DNA of 63,992 nucleotides, the filler included, from Welwitschia mirabilis (lineage: Eukaryota): NCBI GenBank assembly GCA_051453625.1. It is 5 parts of one record of this genome, joined end to end, with 100 filler letters (N's around TTAATTAATTAA, not from the genome) between each part and the next. Parts side by side here need not be neighbours in the genome. Positions count along the whole stretch, not along the records: positions 1 to 10,492 come from JBOZIK010000001.1; positions 10,593 to 26,424 come from JBOZIK010000001.1; 3 more parts are not named here. The stretch is one strand, 5' to 3'. A program made the translations under genes and the position numbers. The notes beneath the pieces were generated by a model. That model searched no databases and had not been told where the DNA came from. It saw nothing but the letters and a program-made list of their open reading frames with translations. This document shows, one piece after another, positions 1 through 13,236 of this stretch (position 1 is the stretch's first letter; every line of letters starts with the position of its first letter).

Positions 1-3000
1 TAACAACTCGTTTTGCCTCAAGATCCCATAGTTTATAACCAAGAACATCTTCACCATATCCAACAAATATACACCGTTTGGCTCTGTTTTGCAATTTTGT
101 CTTGTTTTCTTTTTGAATGTGCATATAGGCCTCGTACCCAAAAACTCTTAGATGCTTATAAGAAATATTTTTTCCTGTCCAAAGAATCTCTGGAACTCTA
201 TTATTTAGAGAGGAATGAGGAGGCCTGTTCAGCAGATATGCAGTTGTTACCATTGCCTCTACCTAGAAAACCTTGGACAGACTTATAGCTGCAACCATGG
301 ATCTAGCACGTTTTAGCAAAGTTCTGTTGCATATCTCAACAACACTGTTTTCCTATGGTGTACCTGGATGAGTGCGAATGTGACGTATTCCTTTGTTACT
401 GCAATATTCACCAAAAGCCTTGGAGGTATACTCCCCTCCATTGTTAGTTAATATTTCACCCTAAGACATGTTTGAGTTTTAACCCTGGCAACACAAGACT
501 TGAAAACACCAAAAACTTCATCTTTTGACTTGAGAGGGTACACTCGAACTTTCCTAGTGCAATCGTCAATAAAAGTAACAACATAAAGGGAGCCACCAAT
601 AGAAGTAGGGTTCATAGGCCCACACACATTAGAATAAATCAATTCTAATTTGTTTTTCTTTCTTATATCCAAATCCCTACGGAAATTGACTCTCTTATGT
701 TTAACAACAATACATTCTTTACAAAAATCAATAGAGGCATGCAAAAACATAGGAATTAAGGAAGATTGAAGCACCTTAAGGCTGGAGTTGCCTATGTGTC
801 CTAAACGTTTGTGCTAGACATTTGCATCCTCTAAAGCTGTTATAGCTCCAACATTTTGCTCATTTATAGTAGTAGCAACCATTGCGTATGTGTCTGCTTC
901 CAACATATACATGCTACCTTTTTTCTTCCCTCGCAACACTATTAGGATTCCCTTTGTAATTTTCCAATGCCCTCCTTCACTAGAGAGGCCCAAGCCTAGA
1001 TCATCAAGCTGTGTAATAGAAATCAACTTCTTTGTCACGTTTGAAACATGACGAACATTATTAATGGTAACCTTCGGCAATCCTGGCTGCTCTAAGACAA
1101 TGCTGCCTATTCCAACAACCTGAAGAGGTTCTCCATTTGCAGTGTAAACAACTCCAGAAGAAATAGGACTGTAGGTAGAGAAAGCAGAACGATTTGGACA
1201 GATATAAAAGGAAGCATCCAAATCAACTAGCCAAACGTCTTCATTAGACTTCTCTGCCAAAAGACCGTATGGTTCTAACACTAGAAAGCTGACTCCGTCA
1301 TTTGCCTGATTGACCTGTGAGGAAGACTCTCTGCCTGCTTTGGTCACGTTTCTTATTTCTGCCTCGATTTTTAGCTACAAATGCAGCCTCTGAAGTTTGT
1401 GTTTCCTTGAGTCTCCCCTCAGAATCTTGAAGCGTAGACACAAACTGCTTAAAAATCATCATGGTAATATTCATGAATGTAGCGATGGATGTCACTACTG
1501 CAGACTGAACTTTAGGAGGAGAATCCAGTAAGGCATAAGACTTAACTAAATTTGGAATTTTAATGTTATACTCTTCCAACTTTACGAGATTACCCATCAT
1601 CTCATCCAGATGATCCTGTAATGAAACTTCCGGCCGCTTTCTCGCTTTGAGCACCTTCTGATAGATGTGAAATGTATTCAAATAAGATGCTTTATCAAAC
1701 CTATTCTGGAGGGTCACAAATCATGAGGATCCATATCCTGTTTAATCGACTGTAGGATTTCGTTACTCAAATCTGGATGTATGTAGGATAGGGCCTTTCT
1801 TTTCACCTTTTCCCATCCTTTGTCTTTCATGGAAGTCGGTTTCACAGACTCGAGAGCTTCAAGGCACTCCTTCTATGCCAAAGTGACTTTCATCAGAACA
1901 CTCCAAATATTCCAGTTTTGGCCAATGAGCATATTCGCCATTTGCAACCTCTCCATCACGCTTCGTCTCAAAGAAACGTATCCAGCTGGTACGGATGCAA
2001 AAAAAATGCCGTGAAACCATACGGATGCAAAAAAAAAGCCACGAAACTGTATAGACAGATCTCAAAATTTTCGCCCCTCTCTTTGCTTCGCTATGCTCGC
2101 TTGCTTTGCTTTGCTTCTCTCGGACTTGCGTTGCTTTGCTTGCTTCGCTTGCTTCGCAACTACAAGTAACAGTGCGACTCGTTTGCTTGTTTATTGCAGT
2201 CACTTGCTTCACTCGCTTGATCGCTTACAAGCTTCACTCATAGAAGCTCCAACAATTCCTGTAACTTCCCAACCTTTGCTGCAGCACCTTGAGGTAAACC
2301 CTAACCAGGCTCTGATACTAGTGGTTAAGAATAGCAGCGAAAGNNNNNNNNNNNNNNNNNNNNNNNNNNNNNNNNNNNNNNNNNNNNNNNNNNNNNNNNN
2401 NNNNNNNNNNNNNNNNNNNNNNNNNNNNNNNNNNNNNNNNNNNNNNNNNNNNNNNNNNNNNNNNNNNNNNNNNNNNNNNNNNNNNNNNNNNNNNNNNNNN
2501 NNNNNNNNNNNNNNNNNNNNNNNNNNNNNNNNNNNNNNNNNNNNNNNNNNNNNNNNNNNNNNNNNNNNNNNNNNNNNNNNNNNNNNNNNNNNNNNNNNNN
2601 NNNNNNNNNNNNNNNNNNNNNNNNNNNNNNNNNNNNNNNNNNNNNNNNNNNNNNNNNNNNNNNNNNNNNNNNNNNNNNNNNNNNNNNNNNNNNNNNNNNN
2701 NNNNNNNNNNNNNNNNNNNNNNNNNNNNNNNNNNNNNNNNNNNNNNNNNNNNNNNNNNNNNNNNNNNNNNNNNNNNNNNNNNNNNNNNNNNNNNNNNNNN
2801 NNNNNNNNNNNNNNNNNNNNNNNNNNNNNNNNNNNNNNNNNNNNNNNNNNNNNNNNNNNNNNNNNNNNNNNNNNNNNNNNNNNNNNNNNNNNNNNNNNNN
2901 NNNNNNNNNNNNNNNNNNNNNNNNNNNNNNNNNNNNNNNNNNNNNNNNNNNNNNNNNNNNNNNNNNNNNNNNNNNNNNNNNNNNNNNNNNNNNNNNNNNN

Positions 3001-3384
3001 NNNNNNNNNNNNNNNNNNNNNNNNNNNNNNNNNNNNNNNNNNNNNNNNNNNNNNNNNNNNNNNNNNNNNNNNNNNNNNNNNNNNNNNNNNNNNNNNNNNN
3101 NNNNNNNNNNNNNNNNNNNNNNNNNNNNNNNNNNNNNNNNNNNNNNNNNNNNNNNNNNNNNNNNNNNNNNNNNNNNNNNNNNNNNNNNNNNNNNNNNNNN
3201 NNNNNNNNNNNNNNNNNNNNNNNNNNNNNNNNNNNNNNNNNNNNNNNNNNNNNNNNNNNNNNNNNNNNNNNNNNNNNNNNNNNNNNNNNNNNNNNNNNNN
3301 NNAGAGAAATACACTTTACAAACAAAGTGCTAACATAAGGGGAAAATAGAAGATACAAAAGAGGATTTGACTTCAACTCCAGCA
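1..3384 (-). mobile_element. Ty1/copia LTR retrotransposon (family A), 5' part: 5' LTR, PBS, degenerate gag-protease-integrase; continues beyond window start
   Basis: Minus-strand ORFs 1298-1717 (UBN2/gag-like), 814-1347 (WLVDLDASFYICP protease; NVRHVSNVTKKLIS) and 448-774 (LELIYSNVCGPM...YVVTFIDDCTRKVRVY integrase). PBS at 2308-2320. LTR ends at 2323-2343 and 3303-3384 match the LTR at 6764-7126. Confidence 0.92.
2308..2320 (-). promoter_or_regulatory. Primer binding site (tRNA-iMet type) of copia family A
   Basis: ggctctgatacta is the reverse complement of TAGTATCAGAGCC, one mismatch from canonical TGGTATCAGAGC, and lies next to the LTR. Confidence 0.85.
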
Positions 3385-3497
3385 ATCCTAGCTTGCATCT
3401 TGTTCAAAAATCTAAAAGCCATTCCCACTGTTGTACAAAAGCTTTTAAATTCATAAGGACAATTAATTGCATCCCTCTCACTCGTATTGAATGTTAC

Positions 3498-4356
3498 CAA
3501 TGTTTGATGTTTTGGATTTTATTGCATTTTGGCAAGGCTGGTATTTTGTTTTGGGGCTAAATTTCGCCATTTTCCAACATTGTTTTGGCTAGTTTCAAAA
3601 TGATTGGAACGAAGTTTGAAACAAAAAATTTAATACATTGAAGTAATTGTAATTAAAAAGCAGTAACAAGACATGTTAAAATAGTTTATTTATTATTTAT
3701 TACTTATCATTTGTACTTCACAAGGGGCTTTCCAAGTTGCAAAAAAGCGACACATCATCTTTGCTTGAAAAACTATAATTCGCAAATAAAATCTTGTAAT
3801 TTGTCAATTCCTGTCTTTCATTCACACAAAGTGAACAAATAATAATATAAAGACATAATACTGTAGTGTGAAATGAAAATAGTATCCTAAAGCATTGGGT
3901 CCATCAAGTTAACAAATAAACAACAATAGTATATAGTTCCAAGTTTTCATTTTCAAAGTGTTAAAGTGTTATGTAACATGTCAAATGTTAACCCTACAAT
4001 CATTGCTCACCATGGGCTAATAGAAAGGATGCAAAAACAATAAAACTAAGTTAGTGGCCTATTGTAGCTACTATTCTAAGTAGCATTATACACAACCACC
4101 ATGACAAGAATGCATTTTTTAACACTATTATTGATGAGAAATGTGACTTTATATTGAAGCCACACAAATACCATCATCGTCGTCGTCGTCGTCGTTGTCA
4201 TCATCAATATTCAAAAAGTTTTTACTTTTCGCGCAATTTTGCTATTGTTGAGTTTCATACAATTATGCCAAATTGCTGTGCTATGTTGCGGGGCACAACA
4301 ATTCATTATGGCACTGAGAATTTCACTGTGAAAGCGTGCCGAAATGCAAATCAATG
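3498..4356. mobile_element. Possible old non-autonomous hAT/MITE
   Basis: Imperfect TIRs caatgtttgatgttttgg ... ccgaaatgcaaatcaatg; degenerate 8-bp flanks aatgttac/ataattac; AT-rich non-coding interior. Confidence 0.35.
4172..4207. repeat. (CAT/CGT)n trinucleotide microsatellite
   Basis: catcatcgtcgtcgtcgtcgtcgttgtcatcatc. Confidence 0.75.
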
Positions 4357-4764
4357 ATAATTACAAAGCTTTCTTGTTTGCTGATAGTTCAAGAAAAATT
4401 TGATCTAAATTCTCCTAATAATGACCATAAGTTTCATATTTGATGGACTCTAATACTTCTCTTTGATGTAAATAACATTTAATCATATTACTCATTACAA
4501 ATGTATATTACAAAAACATGTATTACTCGTCTAAAGTGTGGTCTTAATATGTGTGTGTAGAAGAAAATCTTGATACAAATTATTATGAACAAAAGTTGAA
4601 TTTCTGTTTTAACTGATTCTTCAATTTACATATACATTGCTCTTTCAAAAAGTTGAGATAAAACCTCTATTAGCCCATCATGGTCATTAGGGCTCTCCTT
4701 TAGTTGTTTCTTGTCAATCCTACTGTTTCATGGGTGTAGTAAACGTAATAATAATAGTGCCAAT

Positions 4765-7700
4765 CAATCATGTAAATGTCGGCAATTATTTTATGTTGGG
4801 AACACATTTTGCCATGTTGGCGCCAAAAGTTAGAGCAAAATGTTGGCAGCTATTTTTGATTTAGAAATTAAAGGAAACACCTTATTTATAAGAATTATAA
4901 GTAATATAGGCTAAAAATAGCTGAAAATAAGCAATGCAAATATTCATTTAATATGCATAGATAACTAGAAAGCCATTATCAATTGTTCATTCTCGTCATT
5001 GCATAATAATGTAACAAAAAAAGGCATGTATTAAAAACAATAATACATGAACCTATAACAAACCAACCATTAATTGTCATTACAAAATACAAAAGTCCCA
5101 TATTGTCATGACAAAATAGGCAAACAAACTAATAGCTAGGTGGCCTATTGCCTAGCACACTAGCATTCCACAAAATCACAAACAAAAACCAAGTGACATC
5201 AACATGTAAAATTCCTTCATCTTATGCCATTATTAGATGCATTGCCCCTTTCTCTCATGGCCTTAAGCTTTTTCTTGTATGTTTGTGCCTCTTTATGTGC
5301 TTGAGGAGTCTCTTCTCTAGTAGTAACAAATTGTTGTGCATCCTACTGTAGTGGAAAAAGCTCTTATGTGGTGAATAGATCATCATGGATCGGAGTAATT
5401 TCTACACTTCTAGCCTAGCCATCTCCTCCTCCTTATTGTAATCATCATCATTAGAACCATTATCAGCATCCACGCTCTTATTGCCAACATATGAGGGTTG
5501 TGAAGAGCGGCGTCATGGACAAGATGTAGCTTGAAATGGAGGTACATCAAGAAGAAGCAAGGCAGGGTAATCTTCCTTTAGAGAAAATTCGCTATGTTTG
5601 CTTCGTCTGGTGCATGTGCATGAGAAGTAAAAGCTCCATCGATACTGGGCGCATGTGCATGTGCCTATGAATCATCATTAATATTGGTCAGAACCCAATC
5701 ATAAAGATGCTCAGAAGCATGAACATTTTCAAAGTACACATCATCATGCTTATTAACACTAAGGGCATTAGTAGCCGTCACGATATCTTTGTGTATTAGC
5801 TTTAACTTGTAATGCACAAATACAAGATCATTTAATCTCTTTGCAATGAGCTTGTTACTTTTTTGGTTTTTTAAAGTGAATGTATTCGAAATACACTCCA
5901 ATTCCCTTAACATGTTACATCAACATGAAAAGGACACCAATTAGTGACACAGAAAATAACTCAGAAATGCACAAAACACTTAAATTATATTAGAAGATAA
6001 TAAAATTCAATGTGCGAAATTGCAAACGCGCAATCAACTTATCCAGTGCTCTGCAAGGCAGGTTAATATTTCAATGCCTAGTTTCTATACATTTGATAGT
6101 TCTGTTCCAAAACCAAGCCACTAATCATCTAGAATGATAAACAACCAAAGTAAAATCATTGAAAGTTAGATAAGAACACTATACTAACGTGAAAAATTAC
6201 CAACTTCTAAGTAAGAGTATAATATGTTAATTGTAAATCATAAAGTTTATGTCGTGTACATTCATTAATTTCTAATTTGCTTGAGGCCATCATGAATGTT
6301 GCGCAATCTCTCTTCGTATATCTATTTAGGTCATTTATGAGTTGTAATGACTTGTGGATTTGTTACCATTTTGTAGAAAACATGGGTGATTTCTGTGGCA
6401 ATATGAGGATCACATAGAAGTGATTTTCCAAAACTAGATTTTGGATTTAAAATATGTGCTATGACATGCAAATCTATATGTAAATGTTTATTTTATCTAT
6501 TTTGTATAAGAGAGGATATGTGTGTTGTGTCTGAATCTTGCTTGCTTCCTTGCAAGCATGTAAGTATTGACTTGACTTTTGGCCTTCTCCATGGATCATA
6601 AATAAATCTTAGGGAAGGTCTCTCACAATCTATGATACATAACACCTTCACTAAGGGTCCAACGATCTGTAAAAACGAAATTAAAAAAATCGCATTAACT
6701 TACTTGTTATGTGAATGTGAAAAATTCAAAAGTTGGAAATTGAAATTACTTACATGTATAATATGTTAAGAATAGTAGTGAAAAATAGCAAATATAGAAA
6801 TGAAGACAACACATAGGAATTTACATGGAAACCCCAATGTGGGGAAAAACCACGAAAGCAATGCATAGCTCTCTTAAGATTTCGAAAATAGGACAAGGAC
6901 ACAAGCCGCCCTTAATAGCTAGAGTGCTTAGAATGATGATCCTCCCTCAAAACCCTTCCCTTTAAATAGGCCAAACTTAGGTCAAAAAACCTAATTTTAC
7001 ATTGACTTTTTAAAATAGACCCCTCTCAGTTTAATAATATAAGAAGAGAAATACACTTTACAAATACGCTGCTACAACAAGGGAAAAATAAAAGATACAA
7101 AAGAGGATTTGACTTCAACTTCAACAATTCTTCCCCTTGGAGACAAATCTAACTAGCCTCCAAAAATCAAGAGAGATGTATTGTTTCAAAGTGTCCCTTT
7201 GCTGCCCATTGCTCAAGTTATGACAATTCCAAGGTTTCCTTTATAGAAGTTATGCTTCTCCACTGCCACTACCTTTGTAAGAGAATTAACAACATTAAAC
7301 TTCGTATGAATCTTTTGAATGTTAGCCAACCCACATCCACCAATTTTGCTTACAAAATGAATTTGATATCAGTGCGTTTTGTCTTACGCAACCAAATTAT
7401 CTCCTTGCAAGCTTTTGTAAGCACCACATGTTTCACTTCAGTGGTGGACAAAGTCACTAACGGTTGCAACCGAGACAACCAACTAATTGCTGCCCCATTC
7501 CCAGAGCATAAGTAGTCCTTTTGTTTTGCCTTCAAATGCCCGAGAATCCACTTAAGAAGAAGCCAATGGTTCTAACTATAATTCGTCATAAATTTGCTGA
7601 CCACTACTACAACATATGCAATATTAGGACGAATACATACCATTGCACACATGAGAGATCCCAGAGCAGAAATGTAGGAAACGTTTTCAATTTTAGCAAA

Positions 7701-9970
7701 TTCTTTATCTGATTGTGGGCAATCCTCCTTTGACAACTTAAAATGTGATGCCAATGGTGTGCTTATTGGTTTTGCATTTGATATGCCGAAATGCTAAAGA
7801 ACTTTGTCAATATAATCACTCTAGCTGAGCCACACCTTCCTCTGCTTTCTATCTCTAATTGTTTTTATCCCCAAAATTTTATGACCCTTCCTAAGATCTT
7901 TCATCTCAAATTGCTTATTCATTGCTGTTTTTAATGCTTAATTTTAGCCACATCATTCTTTGCAACTAACATGTCATCTACATACAAAAGCAGAATGACG
8001 AATTTACCTGTAACACTTCCAGAGAAGTAAACACAATAGTCAATCTGATTTCTCTGGTAAGACTGTTGCTGCATGATTGTATCAAACTTTTTGTACTCCT
8101 GTCTAGGAGCCTGTTAAAATAGTCCTCAATAGCCAGAGTGTTCAGAATAATGATCCTCCCTCAGAAACCTTCCTTTTAAATAGGCCCACTTTAGGTTAAA
8201 AAACTTAATTTTACATTGACTTTATAAAACAGCCCCTCTCACTTTAATAATATAAGAAGAGAAATACACTTTACAAATAAAGTGCTACAACAAGGGAAAA
8301 ATCAAAGATACAAAAGAGGATTTGACTTCAACTCCAACATGATATTATCCACACCAAACCAAAAATGTGTTTCATCAAACACTGTTCTTTTAGAAACATT
8401 TGCTTAAGGAAGTCACCCATTCTATTGAATTTTTCAGAATCTCTCCATGCTTCACTAATGAACATGTTCATCAAAGCACTTTTTTTTGGCTAAGGAATCT
8501 ACTAGAATGAAATTAGTGGCAAACCTTGTTGTCCAAGGTTAATAATTCCATTGTTCTGGAAAATTGCAAAAAGAAACAATGAACATATTGAGGTAAGTAG
8601 ATGAACTTGGAGATAATTTTTGCATGTCTCATGACCTGAAAAAAGAGAAATTTTTCTCAAAGACATTGAGACATGAATTAAGAGGCCACAACACTTACAT
8701 TATTATTATTATTCTACCACACAAATGCCATAAAAGTAAGATAACTAAAGTCTAATGATGATTGTTACCATGCTCATCCACTAAATTTTCCTGTGTCTTC
8801 TAGTGGAATATCAAGGCAATGTGCAACATAGGGTGTCCAATAGATTGTTGGCTAAGAATTCATGAAAAACCGACCAATTGCAACAAAGGAGGCTGCATTG
8901 TCTGTGATGACCTAGTTAAAGTAACAAATAGCAATGAGTCAATATAAAATAGATAACAATCATTAAATAAGCAACATGATTCAATATAAATTAAATAACA
9001 ATCATAAAATTTTATGACTTAAAAATTTTACTTGGATCATGTTCTCTGCACTAATTTCTTCAATGCATTCTCCAATAACTCTAAATAAGTATTCTTTGTT
9101 TTTCACATGCCTTGATGCATCTATGATCTCTAAAAACATGATTGTAGATGTAGAGCTAACCAAAAAATTCAATAGAGTTCACTTCTCTTCTTTGCTCAAC
9201 TATCATACATTAAACTGCAACCGTTTTCTTGCCATGTTTCACGGTGTTTTTGTAACATACCATTCATATCTGATTCATCAATCAGTTTTGTTTTTACCTT
9301 AGTATATGTTGGGGGTTTGAAACCAAGCCTTGCTTTGGAAATTGTATTACACATTTCTTTTAACATGGTAGTATAATGAAATGGACTAAGAGGCAAGATG
9401 TGAAAAATATCAGAATTTAGCCATTATCTTTTTGGCTTTATGTATTAGTTTCTTCATTTCTGAGTGTTGTGCAATGTGTGTTCATGTGTTGTACGCACAA
9501 AGGAGAAGATGAACTTCCCATTCCTCCACCATTACCCCTTCTGCTTGTTTAAGCATTTGCTTAAGATCAGTTTGCTCTCTATCCCTTTTTTGAATGCAAG
9601 GAGGAGGGGTACAAAATGTCCTTGAATGGCTTGGAGCATCTCTAGTGGATGGAGAAGAGCCCACACCTTAAACATTCAAATGAGAAGGGAACTAGTCTTG
9701 GTTTCTTTTCACAGTTATGTCATTTGCCTGTCGACAAGCGCTTCTTCTTTTATCCTTTTCTACAAGCATTGCTATACACTCTTGGTTGATTTTTTTCATG
9801 GATTTCATCTCTTGGATCAGGACACTTGCAAATATCTTGCTCCATGATGCTTACAATATGATATTTCAATCACGTAACTCTACCAAAAATGCTCATACCA
9901 CAAACCCTACAAATGATTTCTATTGCCTTTGTTCCAGATTACACCACTACCAAGCTTTAACTTGAGGGTG
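4765..9970 (-). mobile_element. hAT DNA transposon with degenerate intron-containing transposase (DUF659 + hAT dimerisation domain), interrupted by a copia insertion
   Basis: TIR-like caatcatgtaaatgtcggc at 4765 with subterminal tgt(c/t)ggc repeats. ORF 5665-5913 KRLNDLVFVHYKLKL (hATC motif). ORF 9196-9396 GFKPPTY...TWQENGCSLMYDS (DUF659). Degenerate ITDNAA and WTPYVAHCLD motifs at ~8810-8910. Right terminus not found. Confidence 0.85.
6764..8339 (-). mobile_element. Internally deleted copia family A element: complete 3' LTR 6764-7126, RT/RNase H remnant, truncated 5' LTR ~8113-8339
   Basis: TG...CA ends; the two LTR segments align; PPT complement attcttcccctt follows 7126; RT/RH motifs (ALGSLMCAMVCIRPNIAY, ISWLSRLQPLVTLSTTE, LLLYVDDM at ~7970-7995); near-perfect 5-bp TSD taata/tgata. 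Confidence 0.9.
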
Positions 9971-10369
9971 AACCATCCTTAAGACTCAAAAGAAATAAAT
10001 TCTATTAAAAGCATGAACAACAAAAAATAAAGAAAAGTTAAGTATTCAAATGACAAATTCAAGGTTTAATAAATACATAAGATAGAATTATTCTAAAATA
10101 GAAAACTAGAAATAAAGCAATTTCTATTTCCTTCCTTCATGAACAATAATCTACTCTAATGTGATATCTAATATCATTTTTTTCAATTAGTAAATGTTAT
10201 GCTCTAATGCCCTTATTGTCTTTGCCTTGATACTTTTACCTTTCTAATTAGATAGTTTGCTTGGATGTCTTTTGTGAGGATGGCCTGTATTGTTTGGATG
10301 GCAAAAAGGTTCACAATTTCTCTATAATGTGTTAATCTAAGAGTCTATTCGCTTCCTACAAGAAGAATT

Positions 10370-10492
10370 GCTCTTATCTTGGGAATTGAAGTTCATCAAG
10401 GTAAACATTTTACCCCATTGTCTCAATATAACTATGCTCGTGAATTATTAAAGAAAATGAACATGCAAAATTGCAAACCTAGTAATGTGCCT
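10370..10492 (+). mobile_element. Copia reverse transcriptase fragment
   Basis: Translates to YLGIEVHQG...LSQYNYARELLKKMNMQNCKPSNVP and ends at an assembly gap. Confidence 0.75.
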
Positions 10493-11592
10493 NNNNNNNN
10501 NNNNNNNNNNNNNNNNNNNNNNNNNNNNNNNNNNNNTTAATTAATTAANNNNNNNNNNNNNNNNNNNNNNNNNNNNNNNNNNNNNNNNNNNNGCAAAGAG
10601 GTTGAGAGTTGATGCTTGAAGCCCTTTTTGGGTTTGCTTGAAAAGTGGGGCGTGTGGAAGATTTTGATGGAGGACATTTCGTAGTAGAAAGGATGTAGAA
10701 TAGTCCTAAAGGAAAAGGGCAAGGTAAAGGTGTAGTTAGTGCTAGACGATGCTAGTTGGAAAGTGTTTATGTTAAAATAGAGTGAGATGAATGCACAAGG
10801 TCTTTCTTTTATTTGGCCTTGCCTTAGTAATGAAATTTTGAAGGCACATGCCAAGATAACCATGGTGTAGGAACTATGGCAGAAAATGAAGGATAGATAT
10901 GATTAGCTACCCCTGATTAACAAGATTGTGGTGCTCATTCAGGCCTTTGCCATAAAGATGAAAGAATTACGATGTTCTTGAACTATTTGGACAATATGAA
11001 GAATATTTTCTTTCAGATAGAGGACTTGGATAATTAGTTTTGAAAGGAACTATGCATTATTCTAATTTCTTTGACTTCCATTGCAGAAATGTGATGACTC
11101 TATTTCTTTCTTCTATTGCGAAGAACAACCTTATGCTTGATACTTTGATTTTCATGCCGTTAATGTAAAGAAGGAGAGATGTCATTAGTTCCAATAGAAG
11201 AGAAGCATCCAAAGAGGACCTTGAAGCAGAAAGAGGATGTTCTTATGGTACAGGAGGACGCGAAAGAGGTAAGAGCAAAGGCAAGTCTTGAAGATGGGAT
11301 ATAGTTTGCTTTTATTGTAAGAAGAAAGAGTAGATTTGAAAGGAATGTTGGCACCTTCGGGATAAGCGAAAGTAGAAAGGTAATAAAAAGGAGGATATCT
11401 CCACCTCAGGACAACATGCAAATGGAGAGTTTGATGTTGTTATGCTGATGCAGGATGCAAACCTCTACATAACTAGGTACTTAGTTTGAGATGTGTAGAT
11501 TTTGGACTCTAGTGTGTCTTTTCTTATTTGTTTGGATAAGAAAAAGTTTTCTTCCAATGACCTCATTGCAGATTGGTACATATAGTGCAGAG

Positions 11593-12601
11593 GAGTGGTT
11601 AAAAAAAGAGGCAACTAGTAGCCTTATAGGCAAGTAGTAGCCCTGATTTAATCAAGCCGACTTCTTTTGAGTTGGGATGACTTCTTTTCTCGACTAATAG
11701 GTGACTATTAGCTCTATCTTTTTGCCTTTTTCCCCAAAAAGGTCCCTTGGAAGGGTCTCCAAACTTTAAAACTGTTTTTTATTTTTATTTTTTGTCCTTA
11801 TTGTGAAATGCAAATCTAATCAAGATGTTATTTATTATTTTTATATCACAAAATTGACTTACAAATGTCATGGATGTATAATATGTTATCATGTTAACTA
11901 ATTCACTGATTTATAGTTATTTATTAGAAAATATTTATGTGGCATGGTTTTGAAGGAGATTACTAATGTTATGTTAAATAAAATCCATGGTATCTTTTAC
12001 GGAAGTTCTACATATTAATTCTCCCATGCTGGCATAAGCTTCTTATTCAAGAAATGAATCTATACTAATTCTTATATCCAATTCATGTCTGTATAATTGT
12101 TTTAAAAAAGAAAAGCTAAACATAATTAAATTTGCATTGTGACCAAAAAATTTAAAAAAAGGTCTTAGATCTAAGTTGTAGATGCAAATTCGAGTTTTTT
12201 ACTTTAATCATGTTTCAAAATTAACTGTTTTTGAAATTCTTATAGTTTATGAAACTATTATCATACGTTGTTTTGTACGTTTTAGGTTAATATCAAATCT
12301 AGTTATAGCTTTTTTGGGAAAAAGTATTCTTTTGTTTGTCATATGATTCTATTATTGTTCTTTTGTCAAGTTGGAAAAATGACCACAAAGAACCATTTAA
12401 CATCATTTTATCATGTTGTTCTAGTGTTAAATGAAGGTTATTGTTGTTAAAGTTATTTCATTTTTGAAAAATGCTATTTCTAATTTTATTGCATTGTTGA
12501 TTTCTTTGTTGATTTTTTGCTAACGAGTTTTCAATTTGCTAACACAATTTTTGTTTTTGAGGTTCTTGACTGTTTAGTTTTATCAGACTTTTTAATCATT
12601 G
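11593..12601. mobile_element. Non-autonomous hAT-type element inserted in the copia protease region
   Basis: Ends gagtggttaaaaaaag ... ctttttaatcattg (imperfect TIR); subterminal cgacta/gactatt motifs like those at 48670-48804; host copia frame resumes (LGDDHKC) at 12602; TSD degenerate. Confidence 0.6.
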
Positions 12602-12767
12602 CTTGGGAGATGACCATAAATGTATGATTAAAAGCATCGGTTTGTGTTTTTAAAGAGAAGGATGGCTGGACTCTAACATTAATGAACGTTAGACATGTCC
12701 CTATTGTTGCTAAGAAGTTGATTTTAGTAAGATAGACATTGATGGCTGCATAGCGAGATTTAGGAAT

Positions 12768-13136
12768 CAATGACTAAAATGTCGCGACACGTCGTCGCCC
12801 TTTTTTCAAATTAAAAATGTCTTTAAGTCGGCCGACATTTTGAAAAAGTCAGCGACATTTTCGACTTTTCGCTGACATATTGCCGACTTTTTCAAAATGT
12901 CCCACACAGGTACTGTTAAAACTGTTTTCTGGCAAAAAAAAACGTTTTCTGCGCAACAGACCAATGAACAACAAGAAAAATTGAGGGGAAAATCACAATT
13001 TTATCATGCAACATCCATTTTTGCTAGTAGAGCATTAATTGATTGCACATGTTATTAAATTAATAAGCTTTGCATTTTTTTGAGAAAAATAATTGCCGAC
13101 ATTTTGCGTCGACATATTGCCGACACAATGGCGACA
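12768..13136 (+). repeat. hAT MITE copy 1 (right end hidden in gap)
   Basis: Colinear direct repeat of 15595-15987; dense gccgacatt subterminal motifs. Confidence 0.9.
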
Positions 13137-13236
13137 NNNNNNNNNNNNNNNNNNNNNNNNNNNNNNNNNNNNNNNNNNNNNNNNNNNNNNNNNNNNNNNN
13201 NNNNNNNNNNNNNNNNNNNNNNNNNNNNNNNNNNNN

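Noticed and set aside
2093..3385. Long ORFs of 329-418 aa (and other X-rich ORFs, e.g. 62869-63361)
   Set aside because: Artefacts of translating through N gaps.
4154..4357. His/Arg-rich 67-aa ORF
   Set aside because: Produced by a trinucleotide microsatellite; non-ATG start; no coding support.
10537..10548. Palindromic ttaattaattaa islands centred in N runs (also 26469-26480, 35212-35223, 59782-59793)
   Set aside because: Identical 12-mer with stops in all six frames, flanked symmetrically by Ns: an artificial scaffolding spacer.
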